From contig JBHIYN010000005.1 in assembly GCA_041984235.1 (NCBI GenBank), forward strand, positions 264,941-328,940: a stretch of DNA of 64,000 bases, written 5' to 3'. The translations under genes were made by a program, and so were the position numbers. Within the stretch, counting starts at the first letter, position 1. Every line of letters begins with the position of its first letter. The DNA is from Gammaproteobacteria bacterium. GTDB lineage: Bacteria; Pseudomonadota; Gammaproteobacteria; Ga0077536. Shown here piece after piece: positions 28,107 through 35,344 of this stretch. Below the pieces are notes generated by a model. The model had not been told where the DNA came from and made no database searches. It saw only the letters and a list, made by a program, of their open reading frames with translations.

Positions 28107-28390
28107 GTGCGCGGCGCAACCGCGCCACGACGACAATCACCCGCCCCCTTCACGTGCGTGGCCGCACCAGCGCTGCGCACGCGTGTCGCCCGAGACCTCC
28201 GGAAACCTGGCAGCCGTCATCGAGAGTGCTGCATACCCCTCGTTCTTTCAGCATGTTGCAGGTTCTATTTGATTAGAAATCTGATGGCATGATATTTGAA
28301 ATGCGTGTCTTCACAGCGCGCGTTCAGGAATTGCCGCGCGCACGCCGCTACCTGAAACAGGGACCAGGAAATCGAAACCGGAGGACCGTG

Positions 28391-29020
28391 ATGAACACCC
28401 TCGATTCGAACCTCATTACCACCAGCGCCAGCGTTCGCGAGTACTTCCACGACGCCTTCGCCACGGCGACGCGCAACCAGGACGTCGACGTCCAGGAGAT
28501 GACCTCGGCCTACGTCATCAACCTGCTGACGAGTTACTGCCACGCGACGGCACTCAGGCCGGTCAGCGACGACGGCAAGCATCACCGGCCGCTGGCCACG
28601 ATGTACGCCGAGGCGCTCGCCGCCGACGGCCCCGAACAGCGCAACCAGGCTCTGCAACGACTCGGTGACATCGCCTTGTTCATCGCCGGCGTGTTCACCG
28701 ACAGTCTCAACCGCAAGCTGGTCGACGTCGATTACTACATCGGCATGGGCGAGGCCGCGTACTGCCACCTGCACGACTCGCTGCAGTTGCGTACCGACCG
28801 CTTCGCGCGCACGGAGCTGTTCGCAGAGCTCGGCGAGAAATTCGCCCTGCTGGTCGACGTGCTGGCCGAGATCAGCGAAATGAGCGGCATGAAGTCGAAC
28901 GGCGACGTGCTCAGAACCTACGAGATCTGGCTGCGCACCGGCAGCGAACGCGCGCGCCGCCAGCTCGAACGTTCCGGCATCCACCCGATGTCCGGGCTCG
29001 GCACCAGCGCCCGGCACTGA
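28391..29020 (+). CDS. Conserved-looking hypothetical protein A of a two-gene cassette (209 aa)
   Basis: ATG 28391 preceded by GGAGGA; the track ORF starts at 28289. Predicted soluble and helical. No family recognised. Confidence 0.7.
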   Translation: MNTLDSNLITTSASVREYFHDAFATATRNQDVDVQEMTSAYVINLLTSYCHATALRPVSDDGKHHRPLATMYAEALAADGPEQRNQALQRLGDIALFIAGVFTDSLNRKLVDVDYYIGMGEAAYCHLHDSLQLRTDRFARTELFAELGEKFALLVDVLAEISEMSGMKSNGDVLRTYEIWLRTGSERARRQLERSGIHPMSGLGTSARH

Positions 29021-29034
29021 GCGCGGGCTGCGCC

Positions 29035-29688
29035 ATGCTGCTTGCTGAACTGCAGAACGGCCTCGCGGCGTTGTACGAGACGCCGATCGAGCATTGCGTA
29101 ACGGACTTCCTGGTCACCGACGCGCGCCTCGCCGCCGCGCTCGACGACGCGCGAACGCCTCAAACCAACGCCGAGCGCCTGCTGCTGCGGCAGAGCGACG
29201 ACTGTCTCGACATCTCGCTGTACATCGACGCCAGGGTCCTCGCCGCGCTCGCCGACAGTGACCCCTACGAACACCTCGGCGGTGACAACCTGAACGATTT
29301 CCTCATCGCGCTGGAAGGCGTCAGCCACTTCAACTACGTGATCTGGAATGCCCGGCACCAGCGCCAGGTCACGCAGCTCGAGCTCGAGCTGCAGGCCGAG
29401 GTAGACAAGTACGTCACCGCGCTGATGCTGCTCGACGAGCAGGGCACGGTGCCCGACGCGGACGCCTTCCACGGCACCTTGTTCGAGGCCGTGGTGTTCG
29501 ATACCGGCGGTGACGCCGACAGCGAACAGCGCTACCGCGAAGCCAATCGCTACGCGGGCAAGTACTGCCACGGTCTCAGCCGGCGGTTTCCCGGCCAGCA
29601 CCGCGAGCCCTCCTTCATCAACGAGCTGCGACGCTTCTATCGCCTGCCGCAGAACGAGAAGATACGACGCATCGAACAACGCCACTAG
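29035..29688 (+). CDS. Hypothetical protein B of the two-gene cassette (217 aa)
   Basis: Begins 14 nt after gene A. GC3-rich codons, acidic, with no TM segment or signal peptide. No family recognised. Confidence 0.7.
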   Translation: MLLAELQNGLAALYETPIEHCVTDFLVTDARLAAALDDARTPQTNAERLLLRQSDDCLDISLYIDARVLAALADSDPYEHLGGDNLNDFLIALEGVSHFNYVIWNARHQRQVTQLELELQAEVDKYVTALMLLDEQGTVPDADAFHGTLFEAVVFDTGGDADSEQRYREANRYAGKYCHGLSRRFPGQHREPSFINELRRFYRLPQNEKIRRIEQRH

Positions 29689-29705
29689 CAGGATGCAGCA
29701 GAACT

Positions 29706-30026
29706 ACTGCGGAGGCCGTGGGCGGCGTTGCGGACTCGGCTGCGGTCCTCATTTAGCCACCTAAACTCCGGTCCTCGCCTCGCCCGCGCCTTGCCCACGA
29801 CCTTCCTCGCTACGTTCTGCTGCACCCTGCCCGCAATGCCAAGCGACTGCGGACAATCGTGGGCGGCGTTGCGAACTCGGCTTGCCGACGGCCGGGAAGC
29901 TGCTGCGCTTGGCATCTCGCGTCGCGACGGTGCTCGGAATCCTCACGTATTGCCCCATACGCTGCGGTTCCTGCGCGCCGCCGCGACGCGACCTGCCGGC
30001 GCTCGCGACGCTTCCCGGCCGTCGGC
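29706..30026. repeat. Intergenic GC-rich repeat cluster (REP/MITE-like)
   Basis: Direct repeat actgcgga-N3/4-cgtgggcggcgttgcgRactcggct at 29706-29741 and 29846-29882, with the 25-nt core 24/25 identical. Perfect 17-bp inverted repeat gccgacggccgggaagc (29884-29900) / gcttcccggccgtcggc (30010-30026). tcgcgac recurs three times in between. Confidence 0.7.
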
Positions 30027-30072
30027 TCATCAAACTGCGCTGCGTCGCCGCAACGTGGGCCAGTGTCCCGCG

Positions 30073-30411
30073 CTAGTCTTCGATCTTCTTGTGCAGGTGC
30101 GGGCGGCTCTCGGGCTTGCCGGCGACCATGTAGCGGTGCTCGTCGCCGGTCGCGGTGACGTTCTCGTAAACGCCCTCGTCGCGGCGCACGAGCTTGGTGA
30201 AGCCCTGGTTCTTGAGCGTCGAATTGCCGACCGGGGTCGCGATGGCGGCGGCCGTCATGCGCTTGCGCACGGGCGCCTCGAAATCGGTGTCGCCGAGCGG
30301 CCGCTGCGCGGCGAAGCAAAGCTCGCCCCAGTTGCGGATGACGAGGTCCATCCTGTGCCGCACCTCGACCACCTCGTCGTTGGCAGCGCATTCGTAAACG
30401 TAAGTCGGCAT
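30073..30411 (-). CDS. FmdB-like small protein with degenerate zinc ribbon
   Basis: The MPTYVYEC... N-terminus resembles the FmdB-family MPxYxYxCxxC start. Here only single Cys residues remain where the CxxC pairs are expected. Confidence 0.55.
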   Translation of the reverse strand: MPTYVYECAANDEVVEVRHRMDLVIRNWGELCFAAQRPLGDTDFEAPVRKRMTAAAIATPVGNSTLKNQGFTKLVRRDEGVYENVTATGDEHRYMVAGKPESRPHLHKKIED

Positions 30412-30428
30412 GGTCGCGATCCGGTGCC

Positions 30429-30668
30429 TCAGGACACGCCGGCGCCGCTCCCGGCGGCGCGCACCGCGCTGACTGCGGCGTAGGTCGACACGCAGTAGGG
30501 GACGCAGTAGGTGAGGACCATCTTGACGCCGTCACCGACGCTGATGGCACCGTCGAGCACCCGGTCGCCGTAGTTGATCACCACCAGGATGGTGCCGACC
30601 AGCAGCGCGACCTTGCGCGATCGGCGCACGATGTCTTCGCGCAGGGCGAGTTTCAGCCACTCCGTCAT
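30429..30668 (-). CDS. NrtS-like small membrane protein (putative nitrate/nitrite transporter family)
   Basis: Start at ATG 30668. MTEWLKLALREDIVRRSRKVALLVGTILVVINYGD resembles the NrtS family as I recall it. The track ORF extends to 30767. Confidence 0.55.
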   Translation of the reverse strand: MTEWLKLALREDIVRRSRKVALLVGTILVVINYGDRVLDGAISVGDGVKMVLTYCVPYCVSTYAAVSAVRAAGSGAGVS

Positions 30669-30783
30669 GGCGCGAGGGTAACGCGTTCTCCCGCGCCGCG
30701 CATCAGCCTGACCACGGCCGGCGTGACGACGGTGATAGCATGACCGGGGCCGCGCCCGCGGCCGCAACCGGCGCCTGCGTCAC

Positions 30784-31737
30784 GTGAGTGCATCCAGCAA
30801 CGAAGCGATCATCGAGGTCGCCGATCTCAGCTACGAGTACCCAGGGCTGCGCGCGCTCGACGGCGTCGGCTTCGCCGTGCAGCGCGGCTCCATCACCGCC
30901 CTGGTCGGTCCGAACGGCGCCGGCAAGACCACGCTCATGCGCTGTCTCGCCGGCATCGATCGCCCACTCGGTGGCAGCATCCGCGTCAACGGCGTCGATG
31001 TCGTCGAGGAGCCGCGCCGCAGCCATCGCGGCATCGGCTACCTGTCCGACTTCTTCGGCCTCTACGGCGAGCTCAGCGTGCGCCGCTGCCTCGGCTATGT
31101 CGCCGCGGCCAACGGCATCGAGCCGGCGCGGGTGACCGAAGCGGTTGCGCGCACCGCGGACGCACTCGGCCTCGGCGAGCGTCTCGACCAGCGCGCCGGC
31201 GATCTCTCGCGCGGCCTGCGCCAGCGCGTCGCCATCGCCCAGGCCATCATCCACGAACCGAGCGTGGTCCTGCTCGACGAGCCGGCCTCCGGTCTCGATC
31301 CCGAGGCCCGTTACCAGCTCGGCGAGTTGTTCGTAGCACTCGGCCGCCGCGGCATGACACTGCTGGTGTCCTCGCACATCCTGGCCGAGCTCGAAGCCTA
31401 TTCGACCGACATGCTGGTCCTGCGCGCCGGCCGCCTGCTCGAACACCGCCGTCTCGGCGACGCGGCCGGCCCGACCTGCGAGCTGCTGCTGGAGCTGACC
31501 ACCCCACCCGCGCAGGCGCTGGAACGGCTCGCCACCGAGACGCGCGTGAGCGCGGCCGCGGCGACGGACAGCGGCGTGCGCCTGCGCTTCGAGGGCGATG
31601 CCGAAGCGCGCGCCGGGCTGCTCGCGCGCCTGGTCGAACACGGTACGGGCGTGGCCCAGTTCACGCTGGTGTCCGAAGACCTGCAGCAATCCTACCTGCG
31701 CAGCATCGCGGCGCGCGGTGACGACGATGAATCCTGA
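30784..31737 (+). CDS. ABC transporter ATP-binding protein
   Basis: Walker A GPNGAGKTT, signature LSRGLRQR and Walker B VVLLDEP. Confidence 0.9.
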   Translation: MSASSNEAIIEVADLSYEYPGLRALDGVGFAVQRGSITALVGPNGAGKTTLMRCLAGIDRPLGGSIRVNGVDVVEEPRRSHRGIGYLSDFFGLYGELSVRRCLGYVAAANGIEPARVTEAVARTADALGLGERLDQRAGDLSRGLRQRVAIAQAIIHEPSVVLLDEPASGLDPEARYQLGELFVALGRRGMTLLVSSHILAELEAYSTDMLVLRAGRLLEHRRLGDAAGPTCELLLELTTPPAQALERLATETRVSAAAATDSGVRLRFEGDAEARAGLLARLVEHGTGVAQFTLVSEDLQQSYLRSIAARGDDDES

Positions 31738-33073
31738 GCTGGTACGGACCCTGTGGCTGGAAGCCACCCCGCAACGCCTGTGGCTGATCCCGGCGACCCT
31801 CCTCGGCAGTGCGCTGATCATCGCGCGTACGCTGCCCGCCGCGCTGCCGGCGCTCGCACTGACCGCCTTCGTCGCGCTCACCGCGGTGTGGGGCGCGCGC
31901 CAGGCCGCCAACGCCGTGCTCGACGAGGTACGCGAGCATACCTGGGACATCCAGCGCATGGCGGCGCTGTCGGCCTGGCGCATGACCTGGGGCAAGCTGG
32001 TCGGCGCCTGCGCCATGCCGTGGTACGCGGGCGTGATCTGCCTCGGCCTGTATGCCGCCTACCGCCCCCCCGAGCTCGGCGCCGAGACGGCCTGGCGCAT
32101 GGCCTTCGCCGCGCTCCTCGCGCTGGCCGCCCAGGGCCTGGCCCTGACCGCGGCGATTACCGCGGTCAACGCCGAACGCCACGCCCGTGGACGCGTGAAC
32201 CTGCTGCTGGTGCTGTTCCTGCTGAGCCTGCTGCTGCCCGCGCTGGGAACGCTGAGCCTGCCCGACGTTGCCGATGTCGCCGGCATCCGCGGCAGCGTGT
32301 CCTGGTACGGTCGCGTGTGGCCGGCGCCGCTGCTGGCCGTGGTCGCGCTCGCCGCACTCGCGGCGTGGATGGTGTTCGCGGCCTGGCGCAGCATGTGCAT
32401 AGAGCTGCAATCGCGCACCCTGCCCTGGGCCTGGCTGGCCTTCATCGTCTGCGTCGCGAGCTTCGTGTGCGGGCTGCAGCCGGAGCCACCGCTTCCCGCT
32501 GCAGGGCGTCGCTGGTTCTCCACGGCCGCGGTCATCGCCTGCGCGCTCGGCTACGTCGCCGCATTCGCGCTCGCGCGCGATCCCCTGCAGTACCGGCGCG
32601 TGCTGCAGGCACTCGCCGAACGCCGCTACCGCCGTGCGCTGGAGGACATGCCGCTCGCCGTCACTGCGGCGGCCTTCGCCGTGGCACTGGCGCTGCCGGC
32701 GGCGCTGCTGGGATCCGACCCCGGGATCAGCAACGAACGTATCGACAATGCCGGCGCCGTCACGCTCGGCCTCGCCCTGCTGCTGGTGCGCGATCTCGGC
32801 CTGCTGCTGTTCACGAGCTTCCGCGAGCGTTCGCGCCGTGGCGCGATCACGGCGCTGATCTACATCGCCGTGCTCAACCGCATCCTGCCCGGCTTGCTCG
32901 CGGTGGCGGGCCTGGCACCGCTGGCCGGCTTCGTCGCCCCGCCGCTGTTCACGGCACCCGCCGGCGCGCTCGCCGTGTGCGCGGTGCATGCCGTCGCCGG
33001 CACGGCGCTGGCGGTGGCGGCGTGGCGCCGCGCCATGCGCCCACTCACCCCACCAGGTGATCGAAGATCCTGA
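31727..33073 (+). CDS. Polytopic membrane protein, probable permease partner of the ABC ATPase
   Basis: ATG 31727 overlaps the ATPase gene by 11 nt; the track ORF begins at 31598. 448 aa and very hydrophobic with many TM segments. No family recognised. Confidence 0.75.
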   Translation: MNPELVRTLWLEATPQRLWLIPATLLGSALIIARTLPAALPALALTAFVALTAVWGARQAANAVLDEVREHTWDIQRMAALSAWRMTWGKLVGACAMPWYAGVICLGLYAAYRPPELGAETAWRMAFAALLALAAQGLALTAAITAVNAERHARGRVNLLLVLFLLSLLLPALGTLSLPDVADVAGIRGSVSWYGRVWPAPLLAVVALAALAAWMVFAAWRSMCIELQSRTLPWAWLAFIVCVASFVCGLQPEPPLPAAGRRWFSTAAVIACALGYVAAFALARDPLQYRRVLQALAERRYRRALEDMPLAVTAAAFAVALALPAALLGSDPGISNERIDNAGAVTLGLALLLVRDLGLLLFTSFRERSRRGAITALIYIAVLNRILPGLLAVAGLAPLAGFVAPPLFTAPAGALAVCAVHAVAGTALAVAAWRRAMRPLTPPGDRRS

Positions 33074-34238
33074 AGCCCGCGACGTAGGTCCCGATCGCCG
33101 AGCCCAGGGTGCTCAGGAAGAACACCAGCAGGGTGCGCGCGACGCGATTGTGGCGCCAGCCGGACAGCGTGGTGGTATCGCTGCGCAGCCGCCCGAAGTC
33201 GGCTACGGTCGGCTTGCGGATCCAGGCCTCGACCAGGGCCGTCACCATGCCGGCGCCGATGGTCGGGTTGAGCGAGGTCAGCGGCGCGGCGACGAAGGCG
33301 CTGACCAGCGTCACCACGTGGCCGCCGGCCAGCGCCACGCCGAGCGACGCCAGGCTGCCGTTGATCAGCACCCATTCCAGCACCAGCGTCATGCCGAGCT
33401 CGGTGCTGCGCGAGAAGCCGACGCCGAACCCGGCCAGCACCAGCGCCACGATCAGCCATGGCACGAAACGCAGCCAGCGGCGCGCCGGCGGCAGCGTCTC
33501 GAGCTCGGCCAGGCGCGCCTCGCGATCGGCGAAGCCCTCCTCGAGATGCCGCTTCAGGCCCTTCAGATGACCCGCGCCCACCACCGCCAGGATGCGCCGC
33601 GGCGTGTCGTCGACCTGCTGCAGCAGCTTTGCCGCCATGTACTCGTCGCGTTCGTCGATGAGCGGGGTGTAAATGGGTCCGGCAGCGTCGGCGAACTGGG
33701 CGAAGGTGCTCTCCAGTACGTCACCTTCCTTGAGCGCCTCGATCTCCTCTTCCGGGATCTCGTCGTTGGCGACCACGCTCGCGAACAGGCCAGAGAACAG
33801 GTAGAGGCGCTTCCACCACGGCACGTTGCGGTAGATCCGCCGCAGCGTGGTGCCGACGTCGCGATCGATGAGGTGCAGCGGCAGGCCGCGCTCGTGCGCA
33901 CCGTCGATCGCGGCGCGCATCTCGGCGCCGGGCTCGATGCCGAACTGCTCGGCGATGCGCTGCTGGAAAGCGCCCATCGCGAGCATGGCGGTGACCATGG
34001 GCGCCTTGCCCGCGCGAATCACCTCGAACAGGTCCATGCGACCGAGCGCGTCGGGGTCGATCATGGAGCCGTGGCGGTTGGGGCACAGCTCGACCGCGAT
34101 CTCGTCCCACTCGCCGCCGGCGATCTCCGCGCGCACCGCCTCCGCGCTCGCGCGCGAGACGTGGGCGGTGCCGAGCAGGCGGATGCGGGTCGCGCCGAAG
34201 GCGAGATCCTCGTGCGGCTGCGGCGCCGGCGTACTCAT
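33045..34238 (-). CDS. TraB/GumN-family protein with C-terminal TM domain
   Basis: IRLLGTAHVSRASAEAV...DERDEYMA...AVVGAGHLKG are TraB-family hallmarks. Confidence 0.8.
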   Translation of the reverse strand: MSTPAPQPHEDLAFGATRIRLLGTAHVSRASAEAVRAEIAGGEWDEIAVELCPNRHGSMIDPDALGRMDLFEVIRAGKAPMVTAMLAMGAFQQRIAEQFGIEPGAEMRAAIDGAHERGLPLHLIDRDVGTTLRRIYRNVPWWKRLYLFSGLFASVVANDEIPEEEIEALKEGDVLESTFAQFADAAGPIYTPLIDERDEYMAAKLLQQVDDTPRRILAVVGAGHLKGLKRHLEEGFADREARLAELETLPPARRWLRFVPWLIVALVLAGFGVGFSRSTELGMTLVLEWVLINGSLASLGVALAGGHVVTLVSAFVAAPLTSLNPTIGAGMVTALVEAWIRKPTVADFGRLRSDTTTLSGWRHNRVARTLLVFFLSTLGSAIGTYVAGFRIFDHLVG

Positions 34239-34735
34239 ATCTCGCGCTCGCGTACCGGCGCGACCGCGTAGCCGTGGCGCAGGAAATTGCGCCCTAGCAA
34301 GAGCTTGTCACCGGCGCGGCTGCGGTCGTTGAGGTTGGTCAGGATGCGGTGGTCGCGGCCGCGGAAACGCAGGGTCAGGTAGACGTGGTAACGCACCTCG
34401 CGGCAATCGGCGGTGCGGATGCCGCGCACCTGCTCGACGCGCGCACTGAGCGTCCGCTCGGCGCCGTCGTCATTGACCAGCGTGAACCGGATCATGCGTC
34501 CGACGTCGCTGCGGGAAGGGCGGCCGCTGCCGCCGACGACCTCGAGATCGCGCGCGTTGATCGACGACACCACGGCGCCGGTGTCGAGACGTGCCCTGAA
34601 ACCGAGCCCGGCCTCGACGACGTCAACGCGCTGCTGCGGCGCGAGGATATTCGCGCTGACTGCACTGCGCCCGGCGACGAAGCCGCACACGACACCGGCC
34701 AGGACCAGCGACACGCTTGTGGCGACACGATTCAT
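34235..34735 (-). CDS. Membrane-anchored retropepsin-like 'ATP-dependent zinc protease' (RimB/DUF785-like) domain protein
   Basis: Start at ATG 34735 (MNRVATSVSLVLAGVV...). Contains RARLDTGAVVSSINA (D-T-G) and a C-terminal LLGRNFL. Its stop forms an ATGA overlap with the traB-like start. Confidence 0.65.
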   Translation of the reverse strand: MNRVATSVSLVLAGVVCGFVAGRSAVSANILAPQQRVDVVEAGLGFRARLDTGAVVSSINARDLEVVGGSGRPSRSDVGRMIRFTLVNDDGAERTLSARVEQVRGIRTADCREVRYHVYLTLRFRGRDHRILTNLNDRSRAGDKLLLGRNFLRHGYAVAPVREREI

Positions 34736-34890
34736 CGACGCGGGGAACTCCAGGGACGGCAGCGGGCGCGAACGCGCGGCCGCCATTGTACGCGCGAACG
34801 CCGAGCTACGGCCAAGCCGCAGCCCGCGTTCAGGGCGGATTCAGCGTCGCGACACTAGGCTGAACGCCACACCCTGACCGGAGACCGGTT

Positions 34891-35223
34891 ATGCGCATTC
34901 CGTGCTACCGCCCGCTGCTCGTCGCGGCCTCCCTGTGGCTGCTGGCCGCGTCCGCCAGCGCGCATTCCTCGCGCCCGCACCTGCTCACACCGGGCGCGTC
35001 CTACTTCTCGTTCGGCTACTCGAGCCCGATCATCCATCGTCGCGGCTACCATCACCGGCCGTCGTACGGACGGCGCGACATCGTCGCCCCGCGCCGCTAC
35101 TACAACACGCCGCACTACGCACCGCGGTTCGGCTACCAGCATCGCCACAGGCCGTACTTCAGGCGCCACTCCTTCGGTCATCGCTTCGGCGCTCCCGGGC
35201 TGCAGTTCTACTATCGCCACTGA
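34891..35223 (+). CDS. Secreted His/Arg/Tyr-rich small basic protein
   Basis: Signal peptide MRIPCYRPLLVAASLWLLAASASA. By hand count the 86-aa mature part has about 11 His, 15 Arg and 11 Tyr, and a single acidic residue. Confidence 0.55.
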   Translation: MRIPCYRPLLVAASLWLLAASASAHSSRPHLLTPGASYFSFGYSSPIIHRRGYHHRPSYGRRDIVAPRRYYNTPHYAPRFGYQHRHRPYFRRHSFGHRFGAPGLQFYYRH

Positions 35224-35344
35224 GGGGCCCGTACGCAGGGCCGGGCGATGCCGCCGGCTGGCGTCGGGCCGGCCGCTTGATTAGAATCGTCGGCGCCCGC
35301 GGTGCCGTTCCGGCGCCGTCGCGATCCGGCCGACACCCCGACCC

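Noticed and set aside
28285-28300. sigma54-like TGGCAT-N5-TTGAA upstream of the two-gene cassette
   Set aside because: The essential -12 GC dinucleotide is missing (TTGA instead of TTGC). A sigma70-like TTGATT-16-GATATT reading is more plausible.
29706-30026. Possible CRISPR array
   Set aside because: There are only two direct copies of the 25-nt core, 141 bp apart, plus an unrelated inverted repeat. There is no regular repeat-spacer periodicity and no cas genes.
29728-30483. 251-aa + strand ORF spanning the repeat cluster
   Set aside because: It runs through non-coding repeats and then antisense to the 30073..30411 gene. It has no RBS or motifs.
35277-35286. AT-rich 10-mer TTGATTAGAA shared between 28269-28278 (upstream of the unknown cassette) and 35277-35286 (upstream of rep)
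   Set aside because: This is striking in a GC-rich genome, but there are only two copies. No palindrome or adjacent -10 is present at the rep copy. Its significance cannot be established without a genome-wide count.
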